Source: Stegostoma tigrinum (lineage: Eukaryota). From it: a stretch of DNA of 64,000 nt. The stretch's first letter is position 1, and every line of letters starts with the position of its first letter. A model generated the notes under the pieces. It worked only from the letters and a program-made list of their open reading frames with translations. It was not told where the DNA came from and made no database searches. Shown here piece after piece: positions 49,976-61,632 of the stretch. A program made the translations under genes and the position numbers. The stretch spans positions 80,832,835-80,896,834 of the forward strand of contig NC_081356.1 in assembly GCF_030684315.1 (NCBI RefSeq). The letters run 5' to 3'.

Positions 49976-52379
49976 TCCTGGAGCATCTGGACACGCAGTG
50001 CAACAAACAAACACCACTACCTTCCTGTTGCCAACCATTTTAACTCTCCTCCCAATCCCTGGGCAACATGTCGATCCTGGGCCTCTGCCAGTACCACAAT
50101 GACACCACATGCAAACTGGAGTAGCAAGACCTCATATTCTGCCTCAAGAGTCTACAGTCTAATGGCATGAACGTAGAATTCACTAGTTTTAAGATCTCCC
50201 CACCCCAGCTTCATCTCACATCCAACCCTCCTTCTCATCCCCACCTCCTCGACCTGACACAACCTGTCCATCTTCCTCCCCACCTATCCACCCAGACTTC
50301 CCACTGACCAATCCCTACTACCGCCTACCTGCATCCACCGATCACCATCCCACCTACCTTCCTCCAGCCTCACCCAAACTCCCTCTATTGATTTCCCAGC
50401 TCCCTTCCTTCTTCCCTTTTCCCAGTCCTGATGAAGGGTCCTGAGCTGAAACATCAGCTTTCCTGCTCTTTTGATGCTGCCTGACCTTCTGTATTCCTCC
50501 AGCCCCACGCTATGTTGACTGTAACTCCAGCAACTGTAGTTCTTGCTATCTTTGATCCCTTGAGCCTGCTCCACCATTCAACAGGATCACTACTGACTTC
50601 ACATTCCTCACAGCTATTTTCCTGCCTTTTCCCCATAAACCTTGAGATTGCTATCCGATTAAGAAGCTATCTCAGCCTTAGAAATACACAAGGACTTTGT
50701 CCCTCAGCTCTCTGTGGCAAGGAGTTCGAGAGGTACACAACCCTCAGAAATTCCTCCTCATCTCAGTCTTAAATTGGTGCCCCTGCTTCTAAAACAATGC
50801 CTTTTGGTCGTGGACTCTCAGCATTTACCTGTCATGTCTCTCAAGAATCATTTCAATGAGATCACACCTCATGCTTTCAAATTCTAATAAGTAGAATCCC
50901 AACCTGTTTAACTTTGGTTCATAAGACATGGTGCTATAACAGTGTAAATTGTAGTGAACTTTTTGGCACGGGTTATTTTAATGAATCTGCTTCTAAGTTT
51001 ATAATCATGTGACTGGCTGATATGACATTTCTTATACTTGATTAAGATTTCAGATTTGATTAACTAAATATTTGTATTAGCTGCTAAATTGATGTAAATA
51101 ACCATCAATTTATATATGCCACCAGAAGTGAGGAGGAAAGTCAAGAAACTTTCTTGCTGTCACAAGTTTGATGCAGCATTCAGTACTCTGCAATGGGGAG
51201 TGACTAAGACAAGGACCATTAAGTCAAATAAAAGGGAAACCTGGATGAATATATGAAGCTAAGCTACAGGCAAATATTTAATGTCATCGGAGACTAAAGA
51301 CTGAGTTCAGGAAGCCACATTTACAGGGAGAGGGACCTATCAATAAGGCTCAGCACAACAACGGAAAATGTCTCTAGGATATCAACTCTCACTTCCCTTC
51401 TCCACACAGCAGGATGAATGTCTTCACAGTTTATGTTTATTTTTTTTAAAAATAGTTATGTCACCCCTTTTGTGACCAGTGAATGTGCCAAAACACTTTA
51501 CAAATGAGGAAGTACTTTTGAAGAGTAACCACAATTGCAATGCTCAATGAATAAGGAATCATAGCCCATTTCAGGGCAGGGCTAAGTGCAGTGCTTAGAG
51601 TCCATTAGATTCCCATCACCATCCCCATACACCCACCCTCTCTGTTCAGTTTGAAACTTCTTGCACATTAATCAATGGAAGTGTGTGCTAATAACATGGC
51701 AGCAAGATAAATAGGTATCTAGGACCTTGGTGAATGATGAGGCTAACTTACTAACTCTTAGTGAGATTTACATACCCAGATAAAGAAAGGAAATAATGGA
51801 GAAAAAAAATTTAAAAAGTGAAAGAATGAATGAAAGAAACAAACATTGAAGTCAAATAACAATAAGAGATAAAGAGGAAAAAATAAAACTTTAAAATCCA
51901 CAAGGGAATAATTTCCAACCTTCGGGAATTGTGTCTTCACTGGTTTTAATTTTTCTATTTTTGAATCAATGTTAAGAGGTTTGCAGGAACACAAGTCAAA
52001 TTAAGTGGAAAAATGCGTAACATCAAGTACTATATCAGGTTTCTTACAGTAAATTTAATTTATTTCAAGAAGAAAATGCAGTAATTTCTCCAATCTCACA
52101 TGGAAGTGGATGGAAATATTCCATTGCATGAACCTTATGGTGGAAACACATGAATTAGCACCCAATTTGCTATGATTGCAACTGATATCATAGCTCTTCC
52201 TAAATTGCTGACTTTACACTTGAACAAAAGCTTGTAAATTGCAATTTTCATCATTTTCCCAATAAATTCTGGGCTGCCGTGATATTTTGAAAATTAGATA
52301 TGCCAATGGTTACATTTTGAATTTCGCAAGATTACACTTTCAAGATTATGAAGAAAGAATAAATTTTTATTCATAATGG

Positions 52380-52675
52380 TACAATTCTGAATCTCAGGAT
52401 TCCTAAAGCATCTCAGTGAATTAAGTAATTTTGAAGTATAACACGTGTATTTCAGCAAACAGAATTGAATATGTGCACCACAAGATCATAACAGAGAGAT
52501 ACATGTCCACATAACCTGTTGCTGAGCACAGGGACAAATCTCCTGCTTCAAACAGTGCCAGCAGAACGTTTAGTGTTCAACTGAAGAGGCAGAGGAAGTT
52601 GCATCCCAATGGCACCTCCAAAAATACAGATCTCAGTCCTGCGTCAATGTCTGGACTGGGGCTTGAACTCTCAGA
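52380..52675 (-). mobile_element. Decayed DeuSINE (SacSINE1-like) remnant
   Basis: ttttgaagtat..., ctcctgcttcaaacagtgcca..., ggcacctcc... resemble the Deu-domain; recognised from memory. Confidence 0.5.
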
Positions 52676-53599
52676 GTAATACAGCAAGGAAACAGACCCT
52701 TCTGCCCAACTCAAAGCCAACCAAGTTTCCCAACCTAAACTACTCCCATTTGCCTATATTTGACTCATATTCTTCTAAAGCTTTCCTAATCGTAAACCTG
52801 TCCAAGCGTCTTTTAAATGTTCTAAGAAGAGGTAAGTTTTAAGGAACATCTGAAAAGGCGAGAGGAGGGCTAAGAAAAATGAGGGCAAAAGGATTCTGAA
52901 GCAAATTTCCGAGTTTACATAAGCATTGTGTGTAGGCACAACAAGAAGAAGTAAAGATCAATGAAAATTAAAACAATAAAAGGCTAGAATCAAGATGAGC
53001 AAAGATTGGCAATTACACAGCTAGAAAGGCATAGAGACACTAAGGCAGCAAGGCCATATATGAATTTGGAAAAAAGGATGAGAATTTTTAAAAAAAACCT
53101 TAAAACATTGTCAGACCAGGAGCTAATGATGACCCACAAATGAAGGGTGATGTGTGAACAGGACTTATGTGAGTTAGAACACACGAAGCAGAAGCTTGAG
53201 TAAATTCAAGTTTAAAACAGAAGTTGCAAGATGGTTGCAAATATTTCGGTCTCATCTTTTGCACTGAAGTGCTTTTCGTCGAACCTCCACCTCCTTTTGT
53301 TCAAGAATGACGTGTGCATCGCTGACTCGACTAGCACTTACTGCCAATTCCATTATTGTTCTTCAGAAGGTGATGGTGAGATGCCTTACTGAACTGCTGG
53401 AGTCCAGACTGGCTCACCCACAATACTGTCAAGAAGGGAGTTCCAGGATTTGACCCGGCAACAGTGAAGGAATGGGAACGAATTTCCAAGGCAGGATGGT
53501 TTACACTTGGAGGGAACTTGCAGGTGGAGGAGTTTCTATTGGTTACCCTTGCCCTTCTAGGTAGTGGAGGTCATGAGTTTGAAAATTACTGTCTAAAGG

Positions 53600-56385
53600 A
53601 GCCTTGGTGAGTTGTATATGAAGTGGACAAGAACAAATATCAGGTCTTGTGGAAAAGAGGTAGCAATAATCATCGGTGATATTAATCTACATATAAACTC
53701 GAAAAATAGGGTCGACAATGCTAACCTAGATGAAGAGTTCAATGGATGCATTTGAGGTGGCTTCATAGAACAGCAGGTTATAATAGACTTGATATTGGGA
53801 GAAAAGAAAGAATTAACTGATGACAAGCACCTCGAGGAAGAAGTGACCATGGATGGAGTTACACGATGGAATTTTACATACAGTTTGAAAGGGAGAAATG
53901 TGATTCTAAGATTGATACTTTAAGCCTAAATGAGGGCACCAAATGGGTATGAAAATTCAGCTAGCTGAAGTGAATAGGGATACTAAGTTAGGAGATATAT
54001 GAACAAAGAAAGTGTTTCAGACATTTAAGGGTATATTTCAGAATATTCGAAATAACAATATACCTACACGATAGAAAAAAAATTCAAGGGAAGGAACCAA
54101 CATCCATGTTTCTAAACTGAAGTTAAGGGAAGGATCAATCTTAAAGGAAAATGCACATAGCTGTGCAAATGTTAGACAACTCTGGTGACTGGTCAGAATA
54201 TACCCCAACAGCTCAGAATGACTAAATGATTAATCTGCAGAAAGGAATTAGAGTACAAGAAAAAGCTAGCTCGACAGAGAAAGGACAAAAGTAACAAAAT
54301 TTAATGATCCTCTTGAGAAAGAGCTAGTATTAGATTACAAGGAAATGGTGGATGAAATTAATGAATATTGTTCACTATAGAGGATACAAAAAAAATCCCA
54401 GTGACAGCTGTAAGTCAGGTGGTGGACGAAAGAGACTAACTTGATGAAATTATAATTACCCGTGACATGGGGCTGAACAAACTGATGAAGCTGCAGGCTT
54501 ACAAGTTTCCTTGGTACCAATGCACTTCATCCAAGGGTATTAAAAGAGGTGGATAATGTGGTAGCAAGGTACATTAGTATTAATGCTCCACATTTCACTA
54601 AACATAGCAGTTTTCCTTTAGACTATGTAGTAGCAAATATAACTCCCCTATTCAAGAAGGAAGGGAGGCTGAAAACAGGAAATGGTCGGCCAGCTAGCTT
54701 GGAAGGTGTTCGAGTTGATCACTAAAGGAAGTTTACCTCAAAATTTGTGGAAAAATTCAAAGTTATTGAGAAGAGTCAGCATCGTTTTATGAAAGGGAAA
54801 TTATACTTAACCACATTAATAAATAATAGGAAAAATAGGCACTGTGGCTGAGAGTCCACTGATGTACTGCAAAAGTACATCAGTTTTTCTGCAAAGTAGA
54901 AGTACATGGTTTACATGTAACATACAAGCATAGTCAGAAGCTTGGATTGTAGTAAATGGCACATTTTCTGATTAGCAGTGGGGTCTTCCAGGGTGTTTCG
55001 CTGGGGCCTCAACATTTTACAATTCATATCAATAATTAAGATGAGGGGAGCAAAGTCTCATAGCTGAATTTGCAGATTACACCAACTTAGTTAGGAAGCT
55101 ATGTTGTCAAGAGAACATAAGGAGGTTGCAGAGAAGTCAACACAGGTTGAGCAAATGGAGTAAATTCTGACAGATGAAACCTAACATGGGAATATTTGAA
55201 ATTATTCATTTCGGCAAGAAGAATGAAAAAGCAGAGAAATATTTAAAGCTGAATGACTGAAAAATTTCAAGGGCCAGAGGTATTCCTTTGAACGAGTCAC
55301 AAAACATTAGTATATGGATAGAGCAAATAATTAAGGCAGCTACTGGAATATTATCCAGTCTGAAGAAATATTGGACTGACAGGCTTGTTTTTATTGTAGT
55401 TCAGAAGACCATGATGTGGCTTGATTTAAGTAGACATGACAGTGAACAGGGTTTGTGATGGAGTGGTAAAATTGATACCTTTGGATCAGGTGAAAGGGGT
55501 TCAAGTCCCACCTGCCCCATGAGAATTATAGACTAGAAGCATAGAATCCCTACAGTGTAGAAAGAGGCCATTGGCCCATTGTGTCTGCCACAACCCTCCT
55601 GACAGCCAGACCCACCTCCTCACCCTATCTCCTTAACCCTGCATTTACCGTGGCTAATCCATCTTGTCTGCACATCTCTGGGCACTATTTGGAAATTTAG
55701 CATGACCAATCCACCTAATCTGTACATCTTTGGACTGTGGGAGAAAACTTGTTCAGAATATGCCAACTCCACACAGACAGTAACCCAAGGCTAGAACTGA
55801 ACCCAGGTCTCTGGCGCTGAGAGCAAACAGTGCTAACCACTGTGCTACCCAGGATGCTTGTAGCATACCTGAAATATGTATCAAAAATATATTTAAAAGA
55901 TCCTGAACAGTCAACACAAGTTGGACACGAAAAATCTTGTGTGGCAAGACTAAAACTAGGCAGCACAGTTTTAAAATTAGGTGTTACCCTTTTAAAGACA
56001 GATAATTTTTTTCTCCAAGTGTTGAGCCGGCAACTTGACCATATTGAAAGATAAAATTCTAAGAGGACTTGATATTATAGTTGCTGAGGGAAGGTTACCG
56101 TCGTGGATTGGTCTGCAACTGGGGGGCACAGATTCTCATTGGAGGAATATGCCATTTAAAACAGATATGTGAAAGATTTTCTTTTATCAAAACAGGTCAT
56201 TATCTTTGGAATTCCCGATTCCAGAAGAAGTACAACCTGGGTCAATAAATATACTCAAACAGACTTTACTACAGGGGAGTGAAGGATTTTGGTGGGCAGG
56301 CAGAAATGTGGAGTGTTGCCAAATGAGATTAGCCACGATATTACTGCATGGAAGGGCTGGCTTGAGGAGGCAAATTCCTGGATCT
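53600..56385 (+). mobile_element. Old CR1 LINE ORF2 (endonuclease to 3' end), heavily decayed, with SINE insertions
   Basis: IIIGDINL, ANITPLFKKEGR, ESQHRFMKGK, EFADYTNL, EIIHFGKKN remnants. Confidence 0.8.
55540..55850 (-). mobile_element. HE1-type SINE
   Basis: Reverse complement of the 49668 element (gtgctaaccactgtgctacc head; atagaatccctacagtg tail). Confidence 0.85.
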
Positions 56386-56639
56386 TGAGATTTCAGCATT
56401 GACGTGTGTTGTCAACTTTGAATGAGCCCAACCACTTCAGACAGTGGAGTCAACCAGTCACGTTTTAGGAGGATAGAGGTTCAGATGATGGTCTTACTCT
56501 GGATGCGCTGAGGATGCAAGTATTGTTACCCTCTTGGACGTAATTACATTTTGCAATGGCCAGAATACGAACATGGGCTGCAAGTTCATCATCAAAAGGG
56601 GTTTGATGCTTTCAACAGGCTGATTCAACCTAAGACAAT

Positions 56640-57600
56640 CCTGATCCAATTTCTTCTATTCTCGACAAGACCTTGAATTTCTTACCACCCTCAAATGGCT
56701 GTCCATCATTACTAAATGTTCGAACCAGGTTTCAGCCACAGAAGTGAGGCTTGAATCCAAGTGATCATTGAAACATGCATGAATATGATCAGGGTGTCTT
56801 TCCCACTTTTCTTATCCTTCCTACAGGTGAATGCACAGGTCACCATGCTCATCCAATATCTCTGCACCATTGTCCAACTCCTCAAAGCAGCCTTCAAAAA
56901 AATCATTCATACCTATCTAATTGGAACCAAAGCGTCCCCAGACAAAGTCTTAATTGTGCACCCTTTGCTTTATGACCCTGGAGTCTACAAGGATCCATTC
57001 TTGGTCCCTTCTTCAGGTACATCATCCAAAGGCATTAAAGGAAATTTCAACAACAACAATAATCTCCAATTCTCCACCATTTGCGTCGACTTGTGTTGTC
57101 AATGCCAGTTTAAAAAAAAATCTCTACTATTGCATGAGTAGAAGCTCACAGTCCTAGGCTTGAGCATTTACCAAAACTCTGTACACTTGCCATTCTTCTA
57201 ACCCATTCAGTTATTATTTCAGGTTGAACAAGTCTGTTAAAAACTTCAAAGCCCCATTTGATCATTAACTTGCATCCCACGTTCGCATTCTTGCCATTGC
57301 AAAATATAACTACATCCAAGAGAATAATAATACTCACCTCCTCAAATCTACCCGGTGTAAAACCATCGGTCATATATCTTTACCCTCCCAAAACCTGACT
57401 GGCTGTCTACATCCTCAAAGAAGGTTAGCTCATTCGAAGTTGACAATGCATATCAATGCTCGATCCCTCAAAAACCTTATTCTTAGTAAACGACAAAAGC
57501 ATTGAGAACTGGTATCGATATCAACTCTCGTCACTATATTTAATTCCTTTCACAGCTTCAGCCTTCCTCATTCTTTGACTTCCTCGAGCTTCAATAAATC
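56640..57600 (+). mobile_element. Highly decayed L2-type LINE RT fragment; part duplicated in inverted orientation at 56395-56639
   Basis: Remnants HSYLSNWNQ, LQGSILGPF, FRLNKSV..FD..L....ILAIAK..Y. Confidence 0.6.
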
Positions 57601-58751
57601 ACTCCCCCAAAAAGTAACTTGTGATCTTTCATCTCCAACATGGTTTCTCACATCTACCACCTTGCCGTGCTGCACTCAAATCCCTAAGATATTTGTACAG
57701 ATAATATCAGTATACTAATTTGCTTAGTGGTCAGAGAGTAAACAAATTTACAAGTGGAGAAAAAAAAAAGGATGTCAAAAAACCATTATCAGGAGGAAAG
57801 TGAAATTGAACATGAGTATTTTCAGGGAGTTAAACAGTGCTCTGATAAAGGGAATGAAAAAAGACCTGGGAAAGGACATTAGAGATGACAGCATCAATCT
57901 GAGGCAGCGTAAAGGCATCAGTATTCAAGTGACATCTTCTGTGCTGTAATTTCCAATATTCTTACAGAAAGAACCCTAACCGTAATAATTAGATGCACAG
58001 CAACACAAGTTCTTGAAGTCTTCAAATCATTAACATGCTATTTGGAAAATTCACATTTTGGAATCACTGATCAAAGATAGTGAAGATATAAACATGTAGG
58101 ATGCAAATATTGGTTCATGTCTTGACAAAACAAATGTAAAATATGGCCACAAAAAGAAATAAAATATGCAAATCACAAGATAAACTTGCAAAAAGCATCC
58201 AACCAACATCAATCAGCATACCTATGTATATGAAAACATCGGTAGCTAGAATATTTCCCACATCAACCAAGCTAAAAATTTGTACAATGGCAAAAAGAAA
58301 TGGCAAATTCCCAATCGACAATCATATCCTAATAATCTCACCAATTTATGTTTCGTTTTCCACTTGCTAATAGAAAATAATCCTCAAATGACAGCAATAA
58401 AGCTTGTCAACATCTTCTATTCCTTCACAGCCTCCTGAACCCTATAACCTTGCTCAAATCTACAAACCCATATCAAAACCTGCAATTTTCAGACTCTGCC
58501 ATTTGTCCCTCCACAACTTCAATCACCCAGCATTGGTAATTGTTGCCATCCATAGAGGCCTCAGCTGGAATTCCCTCCTTTCACTATTCCCTCATAAATC
58601 CTGTCCCTTAGATCAAGCTTTTAAGCAAACCCTCCAAACAACTGGACTGAACAACCAAAGACTTGCAGATGCTGGAAATCAGAAAAGCAAACAAACAAAA
58701 ACTGCTCAAAAAACTCAGGCGGTCTGGTAGCATCTACGGAGAGAAAACAGA

Positions 58752-58787
58752 GTTAACATTTTCAGGCCAATGGCCTTTCTTCAGAAC
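58752..58787 (-). ncRNA. Hammerhead-like motif in an old Penelope terminal repeat (~58660-58790)
   Basis: Reverse complement gtt-CTGAAGA-A-AGGCC att GGCCT-GAAA-AT-GTT-aac. Confidence 0.45.
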
Positions 58788-59399
58788 TTCTGTTTTTGTT
58801 CCGTCCACTAACTTTTCTTTTGACACAACATCCACTCATTTACTTGTCTTGACGTGCTTTTTGTATGTTAAAAAGTCATACAAACAATTCTTTTGTTGCT
58901 ATAGAGAAAGTTTCAGTAATCCAAAAGTTGATGGAACAAAATACTTGCAGTGTAAGAACACAAAGAATGGTGAATAATTGGACAAGGACATGCTGATTTA
59001 TTTTACTAACCATTTCGAAGTGATCAATTCTATTCTTATTCCTTCATTTAATACAATCGTGCTGCATAGTTAAATTTATGAACAATTCAGTCAGCACAGC
59101 CAATGAGCCACAATAAAGGATGATAAGAACCACATCCATCGCATCCTCTGCATAATTCGTTTGTTATAATCAACAAGCAATTTTAAAATAAGAAACTATG
59201 GACAAAGCTGTCGTATTTTGGAAAAAATAAGCCGTATATGTATTAGTTTCTGTACTTTCGCATGTTCTTTCAAGTTTGTACAAAACTGACATTTCAGTCT
59301 CGCGTACTTCAACTGAGGGAGGTGGTAATGTTTTGGCTCGAAATTCCTACCTTTTCTTTACAATTTGAATCTGCAACAATTCCAAGGTATTATACCTAA

Positions 59400-60545
59400 C
59401 CTACTATAAAATACTCTATTGAAGACCTATCGGCAAAGTAAATGCGACTACTCGTAAAGCTCGATTAAATCGTAAAAAAATCGATAACATATCATTAAGA
59501 CTTATTAAAAATCGACAAAAGCACGATGCAACCAACGTTTTCACGGTTACAAAAACAATGCACAATATATTGACTAACTTGTAAACAACAAACACAATTA
59601 CGATATTAAATAAGGGGAGATTTTATCTTAAAAAAAACTGATGCACTTCGCAAAATTGGCACCTGCTTACACGTCTTCAAGAAAATCAGCTGTACGACTA
59701 ATCTAAGATTCTCCACTGCATCGAAACAATGTTAGAAAAGGCAGACGTGAAGTTGTGGGATGTTACGACGGATAAAGAAACAACAATCACTAACTGTCAG
59801 CCAAATAACTGAGGTACCGAAGCACAACCCAGGACTGACAGGATGGGCCAGGCAGTAGACAGACAGTTATCATTATACGGTCCCTGATCACCGTTACGTT
59901 GGCTCACTGGCGGTCGGCGCGCCAGGATCGCCCCGCTGGAATGAGGACTGAGAGGGCGATCCCTCGGGCTGATCAGCCGGGCTGGTTTGTCGTCCGCGTA
60001 ATGAGCAAGGTTTGCCTACCTCATCAATAACTGAGCCAGGGAGAGAAATTGCACTCCGGGATCACTGACTAACCGGTGTTGTGACCCCGAGCCGGAAACA
60101 TTGACCAATCTTTCACCTGGGACACTTTTTAACTTTCAACACTCCCTCGTCGAAAGCTGCCGTTCCCAAGCAGCAGTACGCAGGCGCGGCATTCACAAAG
60201 GCTGCTGGGAGATGACGGCTAGGGTTCCAGCTGGACCTCTTGTACGGAGCATGCGCTACTTCACCAGTGCCGACGAACGCCTGAGCGTGAAAACTGCTGG
60301 GTTGTAGACGTTCTAGGTCAGGTGTCTCCATCACGAGCAATTTTATTCAATCTTTTGGAAGACATCAACGTAATTGAAGCTGCTGTTTTTAAAAATGAAA
60401 GACAAAAAAGTGACGGGTAACACTCCCAAGGTTTACTGCGTTGGAGCTGTGCCACTCCCAGGAGTTGATATCGTGGGAGTGAGTGTGCATTGCGTTTGCG
60501 TTACGCATGCGTGTTAAGATGTCAGACATTCATGACGTCAGAGAA
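59400..60545. promoter_or_regulatory. CpG-rich, repeat-free region: probable FER promoter / CpG island
   Basis: Many CpGs (e.g. cggtcggcgcgcc, gtacgcaggcgcgg) against a CpG-depleted window. Contains a perfect CRE TGACGTCA (60533-60540), an NRF1-like palindrome ACGCATGCGT (60503-60512) and ETS-like CCGGAA. Lies upstream of the FER ATG on the minus strand. Confidence 0.75.
60020..60300 (-). other. Candidate non-coding exon 1 of FER (5' end uncertain)
   Basis: Minus-strand donor GAG|GTAGGC at 60020/60019 inside the CpG island; the first coding exon has a splice acceptor, so an upstream exon is required. Confidence 0.5.
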
Positions 60546-60564
60546 CGAGGACAAGTTTAGCCTC

Positions 60565-60651
60565 GATAACAAAGTGTGAAGCTGGATGAACACAGCAGGC
60601 CAAGCAGCATCTCAGGAGCACAAAAGCTGACGTTTTAGGCCTAGATCCTTC
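60565..60651 (-). mobile_element. Penelope family A terminal-repeat fragment abutting the promoter
   Basis: Nearly identical to 16045-16130. Confidence 0.85.
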
Positions 60652-60784
60652 TGCGCGGCTCCCTAATTGGTGAACAATTAATTGATCCTCAAGTTTGCAT
60701 TGGCGTTGAATTGGTATTGGGGATGTGAGATGCACTATGCAATGACCTCTGGTTTGGTTAAAAAAAGAAAGATTATTACCTGAA

Positions 60785-61632
60785 AGTAGAATGATGTGGA
60801 GATGCTGGTGTTGGACTGGGGTGGATAAAGTCAAAAATCACATGATTAAGATACAAATTCCAGATCTCTTTCAAGTCACTGCCCTGAGATAATTAAAGAT
60901 TTCATCAGTGTCTGCCTAACTGCCCAAACTTCAAACAGACAGTGATAAGATATACAAAAGGCGACATCTCAGGTCAGACACTGAATTATAGGTGTGAGGG
61001 CTTGTCAGAGTCTAACTGAAGACTTTTCACTTGGAATCAGGTTGGTTTTGTTCCAAAGGCAGGAATTTATAAAATGCCACACTGACTGACTGTGATTACA
61101 AATGTTTTTTGAACAAAATGGAATGTATCTGAAAATTAGCAAACATCTTGGATGAAATTATTCACCCCATAGGTTTGCATGTGTATGTGCGTGTGTGTGC
61201 ACACAAGCATGTGTAATTCAGTGTCTGAGCTGAGATGTCACCTATTGTATATTCTTACCATTCTGCCTGTTTAAAGTTTGGAAAGTTAGGCAGACACTGA
61301 TGGAGCCTTTAATTATCTTGAAACAGAATTCTGGAATTTGAATCTGAATCAATTGACACTAACAGATTTCTCCACATCCTGCTTATGCAATTTCTAGAAT
61401 GCAGGAATGTATGAATGATTAAAGATTCAACAGGAGGCAGTCAGTCAGCCAATTTAGGTTTGCTCACTCCACTCACACCTTGTAAGTGTAGTATGATCCT
61501 TTGATCTCTCTGCCTATAACCTCTGTGTTTGTGTGCTCTCCTGCCTCTGCATCTGATGAAGTGGTGCTCTGAAAGCTTGTGATTTCAAATAAACCTGTTG
61601 GACTGTAACCTGGTGTCATGTGATTGTTGACT
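60785..61632. mobile_element. Third Penelope-like family remnant with internal inverted repeat (60850-60990 vs 61215-61347) and degenerate hammerhead core (61553-61580)
   Basis: gtggagatgctggtgttggactggggtgg terminus; CTGATGAAG..GAAAGCTT followed by aataaacctgttggactgtaacctggtgt. Confidence 0.65.

Larger units (their letters stand above)
47387..50551. mobile_element. Composite Penelope-like element: minus-strand arm (47387-~48645) joined to plus-strand arm (~48655-50551), inserted in a CR1 3' tail
   Basis: RT motifs SYACLFIGYVEESL, LFLCYIYDCI, LPFLDLSV, SHSYLDYTSSHP..KNAIPYS; GIY-YIG remnant. Hammerhead-like cores at 47443-47477 (-) and 50424-50460 (+). TSD TTGRTCCCTTG at 47376-47386 and 50552-50562. 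Confidence 0.88.

Noticed and set aside
57146-57373. 75-aa minus-strand ORF similar between the two inverted arms, suggesting a duplicated novel gene
   Set aside because: The opposite-strand frame matches the L2 ORF2 pattern (RLN..V......FD.EL.....IL.I.K..Y), and the other arm carries a frameshift and stops
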